Source of the DNA: Rhizodiscina lignyota
Taxonomy: Eukaryota
Length of the DNA: 54,553 nucleotides
Assembly: GCA_010015805.1 (NCBI GenBank)
Contig: ML978133.1
Location: 806,001-860,553 of the forward strand
Direction: 5' to 3'
Shown here: piece by piece, positions 23,765 through 34,714 of the stretch
Position numbering within the stretch: position 1 is the stretch's first letter
Layout: every line of letters begins with the position of its first letter
Position numbers and translations under genes: made by a program
Notes under the pieces: model-generated
What the model was told of the DNA's origin: nothing
What the model saw: only the letters and a program-made list of their open reading frames with translations
Database searches by the model: none

Positions 23765-24583
23765 GATTGAAGATGTAAGAGACAATGCCAATTGGGCTGC
23801 TTTGAGAAAGATATCTACAGCTCTTGGGCTGCAGTTTGAACTTATCTATCACTCTCTACCCTGCTTCAAGCTGTGACCCAGGGATCTACATATATTTCTC
23901 ATGCTTTGCCTCCCTTTCGGATACCTGCCGTTCAAGATCTGTGTCTGACCGTGAGGTTTGATGTCGATTAGAGCCACAATCTTGGGCCGGCGTGAAGTGC
24001 GAGCGTTCAATTTCCAGTCGGAAGGGAACGTGCAAGGTCCCACATGTCTCTACATCAAGCTTTGCTTAGCTCTGGGCCTGTGCCCTGCGTTTCTGGAATT
24101 GTTCGACTCCAACCATGTTCAGGTTGCTTTGAGGTGGAGGTTGGGGCATTTGTCGGAGGTAACATGCGACAACACGTGCTGCGCTTCGGGGATCTCATTC
24201 ACCAACGTCAACTTCGGCTCGCATGCAAATCACCAACCTTTTCATCACTCCCCGGAAACCAACAAACGCGCTGAAAAGCTTGAGGACGCTTCGTGATCCC
24301 TCGTGGGGCTTGCGGAGCCCGGCGTGGCGGGCTATCTCTGAATCGACCTTCTCGCCGAGGTCGACGTTTGCCCTCCAATCTTCGCCTGCCTGGATCTGGT
24401 AAACTGAAGCGACCGACTGTCTTCGGGGTTTTCTTTTTCTGTTTCTTGTTGAGTGCATCGGAGGCCGTGCCGACATGTGATGATGAAATTCTCGAGATGA
24501 TCTCTTAAGTGGATGTTGAGATACGGAAATAAGAGTGACCAACATAGTCCTGTACATGACACACGTCAATTTAGCGCGTAACA

Positions 24584-25574
24584 ATGTCTTATCAACTCTC
24601 GCAAGAGCAGCGTGAGAGCTTTGAGAAGGATGGTTTTCTAGTTCTACGCGACGTGCTCTCAGAATCAGAAACGAAAGATGTGCAGCAATGGGCACAGGAG
24701 GTTCATGACTGGCCGATATCGCCAGAGTCACCATGGATGCCATACGAGGTTATACGAATCCGAGAAGGCGAAATCAGCGGCTAATGTTCTAGACAGGAGG
24801 TCAATGCGAGCGGCAAGAGGGTTCTCTGTAGAACCGAGAACTATGCAAACTATCACGACGGATTCAATGGCTTCCTCAGGGGCAAAAGGCTCCGGGGCGT
24901 CCTTGCGCAGTTGTCGGGCGAGCCAATGAATCTATTCAAAGAGAAGATCAATTACAAGCTCGCTGGCAGCGGTATGAGCTGTGGCGCAATGTCGACTCGT
25001 ATGAAACGTGTCTGACGACAATCAGGAGGCTTTGCTCCGCACATCGATTCGCCGGCATATAGACAGATCAAGGACATCAAACACTTGACCATTCTGCTTG
25101 CTGTTGACTCGGCAAATATGTCCAATGGTGGGCTTGAAGCTGTGCGAGGTAGCCATAATATGAAGGTCCCTTTGGGGGATGATCTCTGTATCCCATCGGA
25201 CTGGATTCAATCCCATGAATGGACTCCGATAGACCTCGAGCCAGGTGAGAAATCAGTCTTGACTCCAAAGTTGCCGAGTACTGACTGGAATGCAAGGCCA
25301 GCTCCTAATCTTCGGCTCCTACTTGGCCCATCGTAGCGGAGCTAATCGAAGCGATACTGACCGCAAAGCGCTTTACGCGACGTACAATCGAGCGAGTGAA
25401 GGAGACCTTCATGATGACTACTACGAGCATCGCGCAAAGAACTGGCCAGCCACTCATATGCGAAAGCCGGACGAGGACTATGCTGAGGGTCAGCTGCTCT
25501 ATGGATATGGGAGTCCGATGTTGAGCGTCGTGACAGGAAAGCAACTTGTCTTTGAAGGAGATGTGCGTGGCTAA
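24584..25574 (+). CDS. phnY: Fe(II)/2-oxoglutarate dioxygenase, PhyH family, PhnY-like (aminoethylphosphonate hydroxylase-like), 4 exons
   Basis: Spliced F.KDGFLVL, CRTENY, LFKEKINYKLAGS|GGFAPHID (HxD), NGGLE...GSH, AHRSGAN.S...RKALYATYN. Confidence 0.75.
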
Positions 25575-25943
25575 TGAAATATATCATCGCTTGAGATTGC
25601 TTGGTTACAAACAAGTAGAAATGATTGTCCGTGGAGCGATATAGAGCGTTCCTATGTTCAAGCGCGCCGACTGAAAGCATCGCAGAGTCTTCTCAAAAGC
25701 TCAAACGCAATGCTCCACCAGAGTGCGATTCCAGGGGCCACTTCTCAGAAACCCAATACCAATTTAGGAAATTGCACAGGTCCGTGAATGAGCTTTATTC
25801 CCGAGAGATTGTGACCAATGAGGATTGCAGATGCTGGATGCCGTGTTTTCACACCTCGGGGGAGCTCCGATTCCCCTGACAGATAAATACTGTCTTGCGC
25901 TGGCGATTGAGAGGCCTCCGGCATCTAGTGACGTTATCCTTGT

Positions 25944-26582
25944 ATGCCACCAAATTCGAAAATGCGTGCTGACGACTCCTCTCCATCTGAGAGAACCAAT
26001 TATCTGATCTCTCTATACGAGAAGGCGGGAACTGGGGATTACATCGGCGAACGCATTTCTCAACTCGAGCACTCACTGCAATGCGCGCATCTCGCTTCCT
26101 CATCGGGCGCTGATGCCGAAACAACAATTGCGGCACTGTTTCATGACATTGGGCAATTTCTTCCTGCCGATGATGTTCGAGCGTTAGCAAGAAGCGTCCA
26201 GGACATGCGGACGGCTTCGAGCGATGACTTGGAAGGAAGTGTCGGAAGAGTTGGTCACGAAGCAATCGGTGCAGAATATCTGACACGCCTGGGCTTCTCG
26301 ACGAAGGTCTCTGCATTAGTTGGTGCGCACGTGGAGGCGAAAAGATACCTCTGTGCAGTTGATCCGACATATGAGCTCAGCGACGCCAGCAAAGCCAGCC
26401 TAAGATTCCAGGGTGGGCCAATGAATGAGGAGGAACGACAGGAGTTCGAGGCAGAGGGTTGGTACAAGGAAAAGTGTGCATTGCGGAAATGGGATGACGG
26501 AGCAAAGGTTGTAGGGTTGGAGGTTGAGGGCCTCGACACTTACCGCCCGCTCATTCAGGCACTTCTCGAGGCGGAAGCATAA
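25944..26582 (+). CDS. phnZ: HD-domain diiron oxygenase, PhnZ/TmpB-like (C-P bond cleaving)
   Basis: DYIGE (YxxE), SQLEHSLQCA, AALFHDIG, HEAIGAEYL, HVEAKRYL, LSDASKASL..QGGPM, LRKWDDGAK. Confidence 0.85.
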   Translation: MPPNSKMRADDSSPSERTNYLISLYEKAGTGDYIGERISQLEHSLQCAHLASSSGADAETTIAALFHDIGQFLPADDVRALARSVQDMRTASSDDLEGSVGRVGHEAIGAEYLTRLGFSTKVSALVGAHVEAKRYLCAVDPTYELSDASKASLRFQGGPMNEEERQEFEAEGWYKEKCALRKWDDGAKVVGLEVEGLDTYRPLIQALLEAEA

Positions 26583-26638
26583 CATGGTCCAGGGGACTTC
26601 CAATATGTGTACATTGCTGGTAACTCTAGAAATGCTTT

Positions 26639-28546
26639 TTACAAGTCTCCCATTTGAAGGCCCATAGCCATCCCACTTGCTTGATGCCACAGGATATGGC
26701 AATGGAACATCCAGATGCCCGGGTTGTCCGCCTTGAACCTAAGCACTGTATAGCCGCGCTTTGGCACATAGAATGTATCTCTTCTCACTCCAAGTTCGGT
26801 GTTCAATGGACCTCCTGGGGGTACTGGATTCTCGAAAGGGTTCCACGAGCCCCATCCAAAGCCTGCGTGTGTCTGTAGGACGTACACGTCATGACCATGC
26901 AAATGAAAAGGATGGCTGCCATCATCGAGATTGTTGAGCACAAGGTCGATCCAGTACGGAGAGACAGAGTCGGCGTTTGTATCACTTGGGAGCTGGATGT
27001 GAGGAACGAATTGGTGCGCGTCCCACTGTGAGCGCGGAAGTGCGAGGAGATAGCCAGGAGGTGACGCCTGTGGCTCCCAGGAAGTCTGGTTGATATATCC
27101 ATGGGGTATGTTCGAGAGATGTGCCAGTTTCTGGGTCGTAGAGTACAGGACCATCGTCATGTTCGCCACTCTAGGGAGTTCCTGCGTACTTATTGCAGGT
27201 GCCTTTGCCGCATCGAGGTTGTAAAAATTCAAGATGCCGCTGTGCACATCACTGCCGACTCCCCTGTTGTCAGAGAACAGTAAAGGGAAGAGTTGTGAGT
27301 CTGTGAGAGCGGGATTGGGATACTTGAAATTCTCGTCTTCAAACGTGACCTGCAAAGCTGGATCTCGCAGATGGTCGTCTCCGGTGAATACAATGTCCAC
27401 CCTCTGTCCGGGATAAAGAACGCCAACCGATCTGGTCAACTGTCCTTGAATGTCGCTTCCACCGTCAACATTGATAGGTAGCATTCTCCCTCCCGTGACC
27501 GAGACAGTGAACCCGGCAAGATCACCAACATTGACGAGGCGCATACGATAGTGTTTAGACTCCTCGAAAGAGAATATTGGGGCTGTGCGTTGGATGCAGT
27601 CCAAAGGTCGCGCTCGTGTTGCCATCGAGCAGTTGTATGCACCTACGCCGTTCAAGAGCAACGAGTCTGGGACTGGTTCCATACCGAACGATGCGGCCCT
27701 CATGTACCATGCTATGACATCCTTTGCCGAGCGATGGTACCAGTCACCGATCATTAGCAGCCTCTCCTCCTCATACTCATACAGTTGCATGTCGGATTTG
27801 GTGTCCAAGTCGATGATGGGCTTGTGGACAATGAATGCCCCAAACAAGCCATCTGCTCGCTGGACTCCATCGTGCGCGTGATACCAGAAAGTGCCATGCT
27901 GGTCATCGGAAACTCGAAATTGGTACGTGAAATTGGCTCCTGGCTCGATTGGCATTTGTGTAAAGCTGGCGGCACCATCCATCTCGTTTGCACCTCGCAT
28001 GTGAAGGCCATGCCAATGCATTGCGATTCCGTCGTCTTCCAGGCCATTCTCCACGTTAATGACAATCGTGTCACCCGAACGACATTCGACACTTGGCCCA
28101 AGAAATTCATTATTGATCAGATAGACCGTCTTCAAGACGCCATCGGGGCGGCGGGGTCCAGCTGTGATCCTCCATTGATGGCGGATCACAGCTGGCTTGC
28201 GGTGTACATGCTCCTCCGGATGGAGCACGTGATTCAATCGATGCTCGATATCATCAACTTCATTGGAGCCGCTCTGCTGCAGCCTGCCAGTCTTCGGCGA
28301 TCGAACGAATCGGAAGGAGAAATATGCGGCGCTACATAATATGAAGAGAAGCGCGAAGATGCCCACCAGCAGCCTTCTAGAGCGGTTGGGATACCTTGAA
28401 CCCGGCCCCTGACGTCCTACATGCTCTTCACTGCTCTTTTCATGCTCTTCAGACAGCCGGCTCTGATGTTGAGGTCGAGTTAGACTTCTCTTGCGGAAGC
28501 CCTTCGATTGGCCTGACAGGGGTGCGGACAAGGTTTCGTTTTCCAT
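26639..28546 (-). CDS. Multicopper oxidase (laccase-like, AA1) with N-terminal membrane anchor, intronless
   Basis: Copper motifs HWHG, WYHAH, HPFHLHGH, HCHILWHQASGM; hydrophobic LLVGIFALLFILCSAAYF near aa 60-77. Confidence 0.93.
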   Translation of the reverse strand: MENETLSAPLSGQSKGFRKRSLTRPQHQSRLSEEHEKSSEEHVGRQGPGSRYPNRSRRLLVGIFALLFILCSAAYFSFRFVRSPKTGRLQQSGSNEVDDIEHRLNHVLHPEEHVHRKPAVIRHQWRITAGPRRPDGVLKTVYLINNEFLGPSVECRSGDTIVINVENGLEDDGIAMHWHGLHMRGANEMDGAASFTQMPIEPGANFTYQFRVSDDQHGTFWYHAHDGVQRADGLFGAFIVHKPIIDLDTKSDMQLYEYEEERLLMIGDWYHRSAKDVIAWYMRAASFGMEPVPDSLLLNGVGAYNCSMATRARPLDCIQRTAPIFSFEESKHYRMRLVNVGDLAGFTVSVTGGRMLPINVDGGSDIQGQLTRSVGVLYPGQRVDIVFTGDDHLRDPALQVTFEDENFKYPNPALTDSQLFPLLFSDNRGVGSDVHSGILNFYNLDAAKAPAISTQELPRVANMTMVLYSTTQKLAHLSNIPHGYINQTSWEPQASPPGYLLALPRSQWDAHQFVPHIQLPSDTNADSVSPYWIDLVLNNLDDGSHPFHLHGHDVYVLQTHAGFGWGSWNPFENPVPPGGPLNTELGVRRDTFYVPKRGYTVLRFKADNPGIWMFHCHILWHQASGMAMGLQMGDL

Positions 28547-29312
28547 GAAGACTCGGAAATGGCAAATACTCTTCTCAGCTCACCATCAACGACGACACTC
28601 CATCAACACCATATGAACTGCCTCAGATCTACTTGCACCATCGGTGACAAAGGCGCATCTTTCGATCGCTGCGAAGTCACCCTAGCGTGGGGTCAACTCA
28701 AGAGCGTCAAGCACGTCGACCGACCCGGCTTCCGGGCGCAAACGCGTGGCCCCCAGACGTGCCCGGATCTTTGTGCGCAGAACGGCGTTACCAGCACGGG
28801 AAGGTATTATCAACGCAATTCGTCGGCCGGGGCGATGGGGAGCTACATCCCACGGAGGGAACATGGAACTGTAATCAAAAGCAGGGATTAGAAGAAAATC
28901 TACACTACTGCAATAGTGTTGCCTGGTACCTGGTCGGGAGAATGGTGTCTAGTCCAATCGACGACAACCTGATCGCACACGTGCAGGCTCATTCATCTGC
29001 GCCTCCGTAAACCGTCGTACAGACGACCGGACTTCTCCAAACGAACATGGGAAAATGTAGCACACGTGCCAAGCCCAGTGGGAGCTGGAAGCTATAGCAC
29101 CGGCCAGAGCTTGAATAGTACAAGCCTTTTCAACAAGTGCTCGACGAGTATGGCAGGTCGAAGGCAAGGCTAGACAGCTTTACGAACGATCCGCCCAAAG
29201 GGCGGCACAAGCGCCGATTTCAATTGCCAATGGTAAAGCTATAAATCAAAATATCCTCGTGGCGATTGATTGCCGGCAGCTTCCCTCAGTTACAATCCGA
29301 CAGCTCAAAGCC

Positions 29313-31439
29313 ATGCCTCTTCTCGCGTCTTCTCTCCTTGCCCTGGGGGCGTTTGCCCTATCCGCCGAGGCGGGTCTGTCACAGATCGACCATGTCGTAT
29401 TGTTCATGCAGGAGAACAGAGCATTCGACCATGTAGTTCCATTGCCATGGCGTTTTGGAAATGTTCTAGCTAATGTTTAAATAGTACTTTGGTACCATGG
29501 CGGGTATCCGCGGGTTCAAAGACCCTAACCGCCTGCAAGCCCCCGGCCACAAGCCAGTCTGGTATCAAGATGTCGATAGCAGTCTCTCAAATGACACTGA
29601 TAGCCTGCTGCCATGGTACTTGAACTACCTTGGTGGTGACTGGGTCGAAGCTACACAGTGCATGGTGAGCATTCTCTCATATGCATTAATTCGCAAACAC
29701 CTGCTAATATTGCTCTGGTGATATTAGTCTGCGGGAGACAACGGTTGGAACGACAACCACGCCGCGCTGAACGACGACCTCAACAACAAGTGGGCGCTCA
29801 ATAACACACCATGGTCGTGGGGTTACTACAAGCGATCCGATCTCCCAGTCCACTTCGGAATTGCCGAGGGTTGGACGATCGGTGACATGTATCAAGAGTC
29901 CGTCATTGCTTCAACCAACCCGAACCGTGTCTCTTGGGCGAGTGGCAGCATCAATGCACCTGGCTCACCTCAGACTCCGGATGAGGGCGGCATCACAATT
30001 GATAACAACGAGACTCCTGGCTGCGAGGGTACCGATTTGAACTGCTACCCGCTGAAGTGGAAGACTTTTGCGGAATACTGGGAGGATGCCGGTGTGTCTT
30101 GGCAGCTGTACCAAGATGTCGACAACTTGTAAGTGACCACATAGTGCAAGACGATGCCGGAGCTGTACTGACTCTTTCCGTGTTCTAGTGATGATAACCC
30201 GCTCGCCTGGTTCCAGCAATTCCAGCAGGCCTCCAATACCTCGGCGCTGGGCAAGAAGGGCATGTCCTTCCTCGGACTTGACAAGTTTTACGAGGACGCG
30301 AAGAACGGGAACCTGCCCTCGATCTCATACATCATTGGTCCGGCTGAGTTGAGTGAGCACCCTCCCTATCAGCCAAAGGACGGTGGGTGGCTCCAGCAGC
30401 AGATTGTGAACGCTGTTGTCAACGGCAAAAACTACGACAAGACTGCTCTGATCATCAGCTTCGATGAGACTGGTGGATGGGGTGACCACGTTGTCCCAGT
30501 AAGCCTCCCAAAGTTCCTGATTCGAAAGAAGTGCTCACACATCACATTAGTATCATTCTCCTAAGAACACACCCGGTGAATGGATTGAGGACCCATATAG
30601 CAAGCTTGGAGATGTCTACACCGGCCCTGGTTTCCGCCTTCCCTTCTACATCGTCTCACCATGGACACGTGGAGGCCACGTCTTCACTGAGCGCTCCGAC
30701 CATATCTCCCAGATCAAGTTTGTTGAGGAGTGGCTGGCTTCCAAGGGCAAGCATGTTGTCACAACCCAGGTCCCGGCGTGGCGCCGAGCACACATGTCGG
30801 ACTTGACGAAGGCCTTTGACTTCAGCAAGGTAAGTGGCTTAATACCCTTCGCTGATTGCGTGATTCACTGACGATTCATAGACCGACCTCTCGATACCCA
30901 ATATTCCCAAGGCCGATACCCCAAGCCTCGACTCGAAGGGAGTATGGAATGGCTACGCTGTCTGCGAAGCTGCCTTCAATGTCACTCGCCCGCCTGTGCC
31001 ATACGGCAAGCAGACCGAGGCCACTTCCCTTGTAACGGAGTCTGGCTTCAAGTCTGTGCGTGGCCAGCTTACCGAGGGTCGCTACCTGACCTTCGAGGCT
31101 AGTGGATACGCCCTCGGAGTTGCTGGATCTTTTGTTGTTGCTCAGAGGGCTACATCGAAGCACAACAGCAAGTCTCAACGCTGGGTCATCCACCAGACAG
31201 TAGATGGCGGCCAGGGCGCTGCTGAGGTCATCTTGAGCAGTGCCGTAGATGGTCGTTACCTAGCCAAGGGCAACAGACTGACGAGTGACAAGAGCAGAGC
31301 GCAGGGATTTAAGATCGTGGATCAGGGTAACGGAAAGGGTTACACCATCCAGGCCACGAGTGGACAGCATCTGGGCATTTCGCGTGCCAGACTGTGCACC
31401 TCAAAGACGAGCTGGAACGTATTCAGTGTTACTTACTAA
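29313..31439 (+). CDS. Secreted phospholipase C / phosphoesterase family, multi-exon
   Basis: Signal peptide; [56 protein letters not shown]...SPW.RGG, DHISQ, WRR.HMSDLT.AFDF. Confidence 0.92.
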
Positions 31440-33045
31440 GTTCTTTAGAGAGCCTTGAAAGCCTGGTCAGGTCAAAATAAAAGTGTTTTTTCACGCTTTC
31501 AGCAACGCCAGTATTAGAAGCGTAAAAAAAAATTTCTTAGGCCTGTCACATGCTTGCTAAAGAGCTCTCGCAGATATTCCAGAGCATGCCGAATAGTTGT
31601 CTGAGGAAAGTTGTGAAAGGGGCCCACGTCTGCCCAGCGGGGCTTCTCGGGATTGTGACAAGGCTGAAAGAGTCACAGTCGGAACAATGATGTGCAATTC
31701 GGCCATAAAGAGACAGCGCAGCGAGTAGGACTCCGCGAGTGTCGGATTAGACTTGACGAGCAGTTTGACAACGTCAGTGCCGTTGCTTTCCTTGACTCCC
31801 GAGTCGGCCGGAAGCTGGCTGCAAATTGCAAGGCTGTCGTTAAACCAACCGGTCTGCCATATGCTCCGAGGAGGTCCGAGGGCTTCGTCGACGTGCAGGC
31901 GAATGGGCCTGCGAGCTCTGTCGGGTCTCTCGCATTGGATGTAGAGCTCCTGCAGAAGCTCACACTCTCGGTGAACTTGTGTCCACGAGGGTGATTGTGC
32001 ATGTCTTCTGCCTGGTGAGGTAGCACTCCGTGACTGCGACTACACTGTGCCAAAGTCATGAAAGTATGGCGCATTTCGTTTCTGACATTGGTGCCGCCCA
32101 TAGAAGGTCGATCCGACACGGAGCAAGCCCATACTGCGAAGGCGGTCCAACACTGTGGCCGTACTTCTTTTTCTCCACACGATCGGGCGTATGCGTCGAT
32201 GCAGACCGCTGAACTGCTGATAAGTCCGGCCAATCTGCCATTTCCGGACATTAGCCTTCCACTCGTGAACCCTCAGGGCTTTCGTTGACGTGCAGATGGA
32301 CAAGCTCGGGGAATCTTGGAGATGTTTAGGATATGCACGTCACCTTCTGCCTCATTCCCACCATTCGCTATACTCGCCACGCCACATGGAAAACTCCTCC
32401 GGGCGCAGCAGTATTGGCCAAGAAGAGGAGACAATTGAGCCAGCCTGCATCTTGTGGCTTTTACGTTCAGCACGGCACGGCGGCCGCACGCAGTTTTCGG
32501 TTGCCTGATTTGAGGCGGAGCCTCAGCCCCAAATCTTCACATCCATTTCCCCCCTCTCACGCTGCAAAGCTCCGCACCCATCCATTTCACCGCCTCCGAC
32601 TCGAGAAGCGTCGTCAGTTTCGAGAACATTCCCGTTAACCCCGTTCTTTATATGCATGAGTCTTGGTGTTGAGGATTCCGCAACTGACCGATTGCTTGCG
32701 TAGACCAGGAGCTTCCGGCCCCTTGTTGATGGCTTTGATGGCTGAGGCCGCAAATCTTGTGTGCAACTCAACAGGTGAATTACGCAACACTGTTAAATCC
32801 ACAGCCCCGGTTGAAGGGTCTATAGTATGATCGCGGTGTCGTAATATTTCCGGTGAAACCAACCCTCATTGCTGCCTTCTCAGACCTTCCCATATACTAT
32901 ATAGGTAGTTGACGTTTCCGACGTGGTCAATTCATCCGTCAAGGCAAACTCATAATACAAAAGACACCTTTCAACTTGCGGCCCTCGCAGTCTCATATAT
33001 TCCGACTACTATCACCACCCCTTTCAATACCTCGTCTGCCCAATC

Positions 33046-34005
33046 ATGCCTCTCTTCGAGCGTGAGAGAGTCTGGGAGTTCCCAGAAGATTGGCGTCATC
33101 CACCCGCATTCCCATTCCCAGTCCCAGCTCCAAAGAGACAGCGAACCGTTCATGTCTCTCGCGATGTTGAACAATTACAGTCCGTTTCAATTCTCTTCGT
33201 CGACGGTTTCAACGAGGTACGCTCCGTCATGGCTCAAGCTCAGGCGGAAATGATTCGTCTAAAGACGTTGAATGATCGCGGCTTCAACCTGTTCACCTGC
33301 CTCGACTCTGCTGGCCTGCGCGTCAGCACTTCTCTCACACGCAAAGGAAGCTGGAAACACTATCCAGCCGGCAGACCGGCCAATCGCATTGCCCTGGACG
33401 CTCTCATGCGCCACCCGCACCATAGGGAAGGACAAGATCTCGAGCATCGCTTCAAGGACAAACACGTCTCCCGCGGTCTCGATTATGAAGACTTTGACAA
33501 ATTCGACTACATCGTCACCTTTGACAAGGACTCGCTCTCGAGACTTCGAACCCTTGAATGGATAGCATACAGGCGTGCCCGTCAGCAGGGAAGACTCGGT
33601 CTCCATGCGAAAACAAAGCTGCTGGGCGAATACCACCCCGGTTACGCCTCTGCAGTTCAAGTTCCCAGGCCCACGTTCAGCAACCTGATTCATCGTTCGG
33701 ATTTCGAGCCTGTGATCCACGTCATCGATGCTGAGCTGCACAACATGCTTCGTGCCGTCGCCGGTCTACATCGCCCTGAGCGAGCCTCTCCGTTTGAGCT
33801 CGCGCTTACTTACAGGAGTCGACAATTCCTCGCGCATAACTTCAGAGTAACCGACATGAAATTACGCAGATTGAAATATCTCTACAACAGGGTATATGTC
33901 GACGAGGAAATTGAAGGGCGAGATACGAGAGTGGTCACAGTTACGGCAAGGGAAGAAGAGAAGCTGAGGGAAGCATTAGAGGACGCGCGATTACTGCTCG
34001 GTTGA
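33046..34005 (+). CDS. LMW protein-tyrosine-phosphatase-like protein lacking the catalytic Cys
   Basis: SILFVDGFNEVRSVMAQA aligns with the LMW-PTP P-loop VLFVCLGNICRSPMAEA; DSAG, H.SR, DFDKFDYIVTFD, KLLGEY. Confidence 0.65.
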   Translation: MPLFERERVWEFPEDWRHPPAFPFPVPAPKRQRTVHVSRDVEQLQSVSILFVDGFNEVRSVMAQAQAEMIRLKTLNDRGFNLFTCLDSAGLRVSTSLTRKGSWKHYPAGRPANRIALDALMRHPHHREGQDLEHRFKDKHVSRGLDYEDFDKFDYIVTFDKDSLSRLRTLEWIAYRRARQQGRLGLHAKTKLLGEYHPGYASAVQVPRPTFSNLIHRSDFEPVIHVIDAELHNMLRAVAGLHRPERASPFELALTYRSRQFLAHNFRVTDMKLRRLKYLYNRVYVDEEIEGRDTRVVTVTAREEEKLREALEDARLLLG

Positions 34006-34714
34006 GCAAGGAGTTTCAAGAGTGGAGCGTTGTGGTGCAACGATGTAGTTGTCGGGCAAGTTGAAGAAGGGTGATGTCGTTTTGTACGCATCTGCATCGA
34101 TGGTTTTGCCGGTCGTTGGAGCCTCCCTAAATTGCTCAACACTTGGCCATACTTCCCAGATTGGAACATTTCGGCTTTCATGTGAATCAGTCATGGCCAT
34201 GGAAATGTTTTAATAGATTTTCTCAAGGCTCAGGGTAATATGTATCTTACTTTGGGTTTCTGGACGGACGGAACAGTTGTACGCTATGTAGTTCCCTCAC
34301 AGAATACGAAATTAAAAGAAGAGCGTTCGGATTCCACATCTGAAGCCGATGAGACATACCGGCCTATCACGCTGAAGACATTTGATCGGTTAGCGGCGGA
34401 TATGTTCTTCAATGCAGAGAGGTCTCGTGCCGTGCCGGCTTCACCCTGCATGCCCGAGGTCGGTGCCACCACGAGGACAAGGGCATTCTTACATCACCGT
34501 CCAATTTCTATCGCCCTTCCCCACGCCCAACTTTCAATTCGTCTTCTCTTTGTTTTTTAACAAACAACGCCCGGCAGAGACGTCCAAGTCTCATGTCTGC
34601 GCCCGTATCGCTCTCCCCTCCGAATCGGTAGCGCCGGAAATCACGACCACGCGATCTCACTCCCGATAAAGCCACTAGCAAAAAGGCCGACAGCGGCGCC
34701 CGGAAGGCAAGGGC

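Noticed and set aside
25574..25944. Possible PhnY-PhnZ fusion by splicing
   Set aside because: PhyH frame ends in a clean TAA and the HD ORF has its own ATG; no convincing in-frame intron found by eye
31558..32900. Several overlapping 60-190 aa ORFs on both strands
   Set aside because: No recognisable domain or consistent splice model; may be a decayed gene but cannot be supported
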